A DNA stretch of 64,000 nt from Macrostomum lignano (Eukaryota), in assembly GCA_002269645.1 (NCBI GenBank), contig NIVC01001338.1, positions 1 to 64,000 of the forward strand, written 5' to 3'. Shown here in pieces: positions 61,348 to 64,000 of this stretch. The notes beneath the pieces were generated by a model. The model had not been told where the DNA came from. It searched no databases and saw only the letters and a program-made list of their open reading frames with translations. The translations under genes and the position numbers were made by a program. Position 1 is the stretch's first letter; each line of letters starts with the position of its first letter.

Positions 61348-63153
61348 TCAGAACTGGCAGCTCACGACCGTGGCGGCTTCGGTCAGCCTCACAGAATAGC
61401 TTGTATCCGTGAACCGGTGCAGCAGCGGCTTCAAGCCCAGGTCCTTAGCCAGAACAGCTGGTCCCGGTCCCGTGAGCAGCAGGTTTCCAACCGACACAAC
61501 CACGAGAAATGCGGGCTCGTCTTTCAGTGCCGAGCCAGCTTTGGCCAGCATGCGGTGCAGCAATTCGAGCAGCCGGTCAGCTGAGGACTCCGGGCACTCG
61601 GCCTGCTGCTGCACCAACTGGGACAGGTTGCACAGGGCTGATGAGACGGCCGTCTGGGAGGTTTGGGCCGAGAGTGGTTGGCTGCTTAAAGAATGACTGA
61701 ATGACTCAGTGAATGACTGAATGACTCAGCGAATGACTCAGTGAATGACTGAATGACTCAGCGAATGACTCAGTGAATGACTGAATAACTCAGTGAAAGA
61801 CTGACTGACTCAGTAAATAACTAACTGACTCAGTGAATGACTGAATGACCCAAACAGTAAATGACTGAATGACTCGAGCAGTGGATGATTGATTGACTCA
61901 GACAGTGAATGACTGAATGACTTAAACAGGGAATGACTGACTGAATGACTCAAACAGTGCATGACTGAATGATGCAAATATTGTATGACCGAATTAAAAA
62001 AATGAATGACTGAACGACTCAAAATATAGTGTCAATGACTGAATGACTCAAACAGTGCATGACTGAACGACTCAAAATATAGTGTCAATGACTGAATGAC
62101 TCAAACAGTGCATGACTGAACGACTCAAAATATAGTGTCAATGACTGAATGACTCAAACAGTGCATGACTGAACGACTCAAAATATAGTGTCAATGACTG
62201 AATGGCCCAAACAGTAAATGACTGAATGACTCAAACAGTGCATGACTTAATGACTCAAGCAGTGCATGACTTAATGACTCAAACAGTGCATGACTAAATG
62301 AGTCAAGCAGTGCATGACTGAATGACTCAAACAGTGCATGATTTAATGACTCAAGCAGTGCATGACTAAATGAGTCAAGCAGTGCATGACTTAATGACTC
62401 AAACAGTGCATGACTTAATGACTCAAACAGTGCATGACTGAATGACTCAAACAGTGCATGACTTAATGACTCAAACAGTGCATGACTTAATGACTCAAAC
62501 AGTGCATGACTTAATGAGTCAAGCAGTGCATGACTGAATGACTCAAGCAGTGCATGACTGAATGACTCAAGCAGTGCATGACTGAATGACTCAAAAAGTG
62601 CATGACTAAATGAGTCAAGCAGTGCATGACAAAACTACAAATAAGCCAGTAGCTCAGAGTCGACTCGCTCACCTGCCAGCCGGCATTCTCCTTGGCAAAG
62701 TCCAGCTGATCAATCAATTCGAGCACCGATTTAAAATTGCCGACTAGCCAAGCTTTACCAGCCTCAGTTGCAGCTAAATTGGCCAGCAGCCTGGCCGCGA
62801 GCATCTGACACGGCAGACTGCTACTAGGAGACAGAAATTTAGCCAACAACTGAGCTACAGTTGCACTGCCGGATTCCAACAGGATCTGAGCAGCCACAGG
62901 AAATCTGCAAGCCATTCGCAGCACATCAAGCAGTGGCAGAGAGCAATCTGAAGCTCCATTCAAGGCCGTGTCAGCAATGGACAGGATCAGTCGGGCATCG
63001 GCTGAGTCTCCCTGACTGATCCCGGATTCCACCAGTGCGTCCAGCCGATCGGGCAGGTCTGCTGGCACCGAGGCGGCCAGTTCGCCAAGTTTCTTACGCA
63101 GCCCGGCCATGTTGCCAGCTGACAGAATCTGCAACTCCTTGTAGGGCAGGTAT
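61348..63153 (-). CDS. PLAA: Phospholipase A2-activating protein (PLAA/Doa1/Ufd3), last two exons encoding the PUL domain; the 5' exons lie beyond the window
   Basis: Exons 63153-62673 and 61653-61348 (ctttcag|a, cag|gtgagc, ctcccag|acg). Translation [25 protein letters not shown]...LPLLDVLRM...[12 protein letters not shown]...GKAWLV...|[11 protein letters not shown]...[14 protein letters not shown]...LAKDLGL...VRLTEAA follows the PUL-domain pattern (YFPK..., FPALDILRL, NQLLALRTFCN, ATFRLLVALGTL, LAKSLG). Confidence 0.88.
61690..62630. repeat. Intronic (GAATGACT)-based and 24-bp (tgactgaatgactcaaacagtgca) repeats in PLAA
   Basis: Directly visible. Confidence 0.93.
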
Positions 63154-63374
63154 CTGAAAGGTGTGTGAACGCGGCTCTCATGTAGCTTTATATATACCGA
63201 TGTTGCGACCTTAGATGATCAGCAGATTTGCGTGTCAGACTACTTAAAGTAAAAAAACCCAAGTTTAAAGTAGTAATGCTTTTTTTAAATTCAAGGCAAT
63301 AAAAATATGATTTTTCTGTTTTTATACTTTTCATAAATAAAAAAACTATTGCATTTCAATCAGAGCTACATCCC

Positions 63375-64000
63375 AATATCCCACCCCAATTAGAGAATCT
63401 TATCCCATATCCCACACCAATTAGAGAATCCCATCCCATATCCCACACCAATTAGAGAATCCCATCCCATATCCCACACCAATTAGAGAATCCCATCCCA
63501 TATCCCACACCAATTAGAGAATCCTATCCCATATCCCACACCAATTAGAGAATCCTATCCCATATCCCACACCAATTAGAGAATCCCATCTCATATCCCA
63601 CACCAATTAGAGAATCCCATCTCATATCCCACACCAATTAGAGAATGTCCCATCCCATATCCCACACCAGCTAGAGAATCCCATCTCATATCCCATACCA
63701 ATTAGAGAATGTCCCATCTCATATCCCACACCAATTAGAGAATGTCCCATCTCATATCCCATACCAATTAGAGAATCCCATCTCATATCCCACACCAATT
63801 AGAGAAAGTCCCATCTCATATCCCACACCAATTAGAGAATGTCCCATCCCATATCCCACACCAGCTAGAGAATCCCATCTCATATCCCATACCAATTAGA
63901 GAATGTCCCATCCCATATCCCACACCAGCTAGAGAATCCCATCTCATATCCCACACCAATTAGAGAATCCCATCCCATATCCCACACCAGCTAGAGAATC
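63375..64000. repeat. ~31-bp minisatellite (cccatcccatatcccacaccaattagagaat)n in a PLAA intron, running off the window
   Basis: Directly visible. Confidence 0.95.

Overview
Eukaryotic (metazoan) genomic DNA, not microbial. GC-rich exons with poly-Q/A/G tracts are separated by AT-rich or tandem-repeat-filled introns. About 25 kb (~40%, my rough sum) is micro/minisatellite. The style resembles the free-living flatworm Macrostomum lignano, which is an inference, not a match. Genes I can support by manual translation and splice-phase checking: a secreted CAP/SCP-domain gene (-, 147-2298) carrying four single-base frameshifts; a zinc-finger gene with a single coding exon (+, 8509-10800); an uncharacterised gene (-, 14875-15636); an orphan multi-exon gene (-, 17853 to at least 21397) with a GC-AG intron and a damaged 5' part; COX11 (+, 23177-23926); a 5-exon HAUS1/augmin homologue (+, 24615-27150); a 5-exon 7-EC protocadherin (-, 30353-38422); an ependymin-related secreted protein (+, 44361-45005); and the last two exons of PLAA/Doa1 (PUL domain; -, 61348-63153). 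Two tRNA-derived SINE families are present, one with a perfect 13-bp TSD and one with a CORE/Meta-like domain. Most long ORFs in the supplied track are artefacts of tandem repeats. No rRNA, true tRNA gene, CRISPR array or autonomous transposon ORF was seen. I found no clear new multi-gene system. The best leads are a possible COX11-HAUS1 trans-spliced operon, an RHH-like N-terminal module on the zinc-finger protein, intronic arrays that amplify the genes' own splice acceptors, and sequence cores shared between distant minisatellites.
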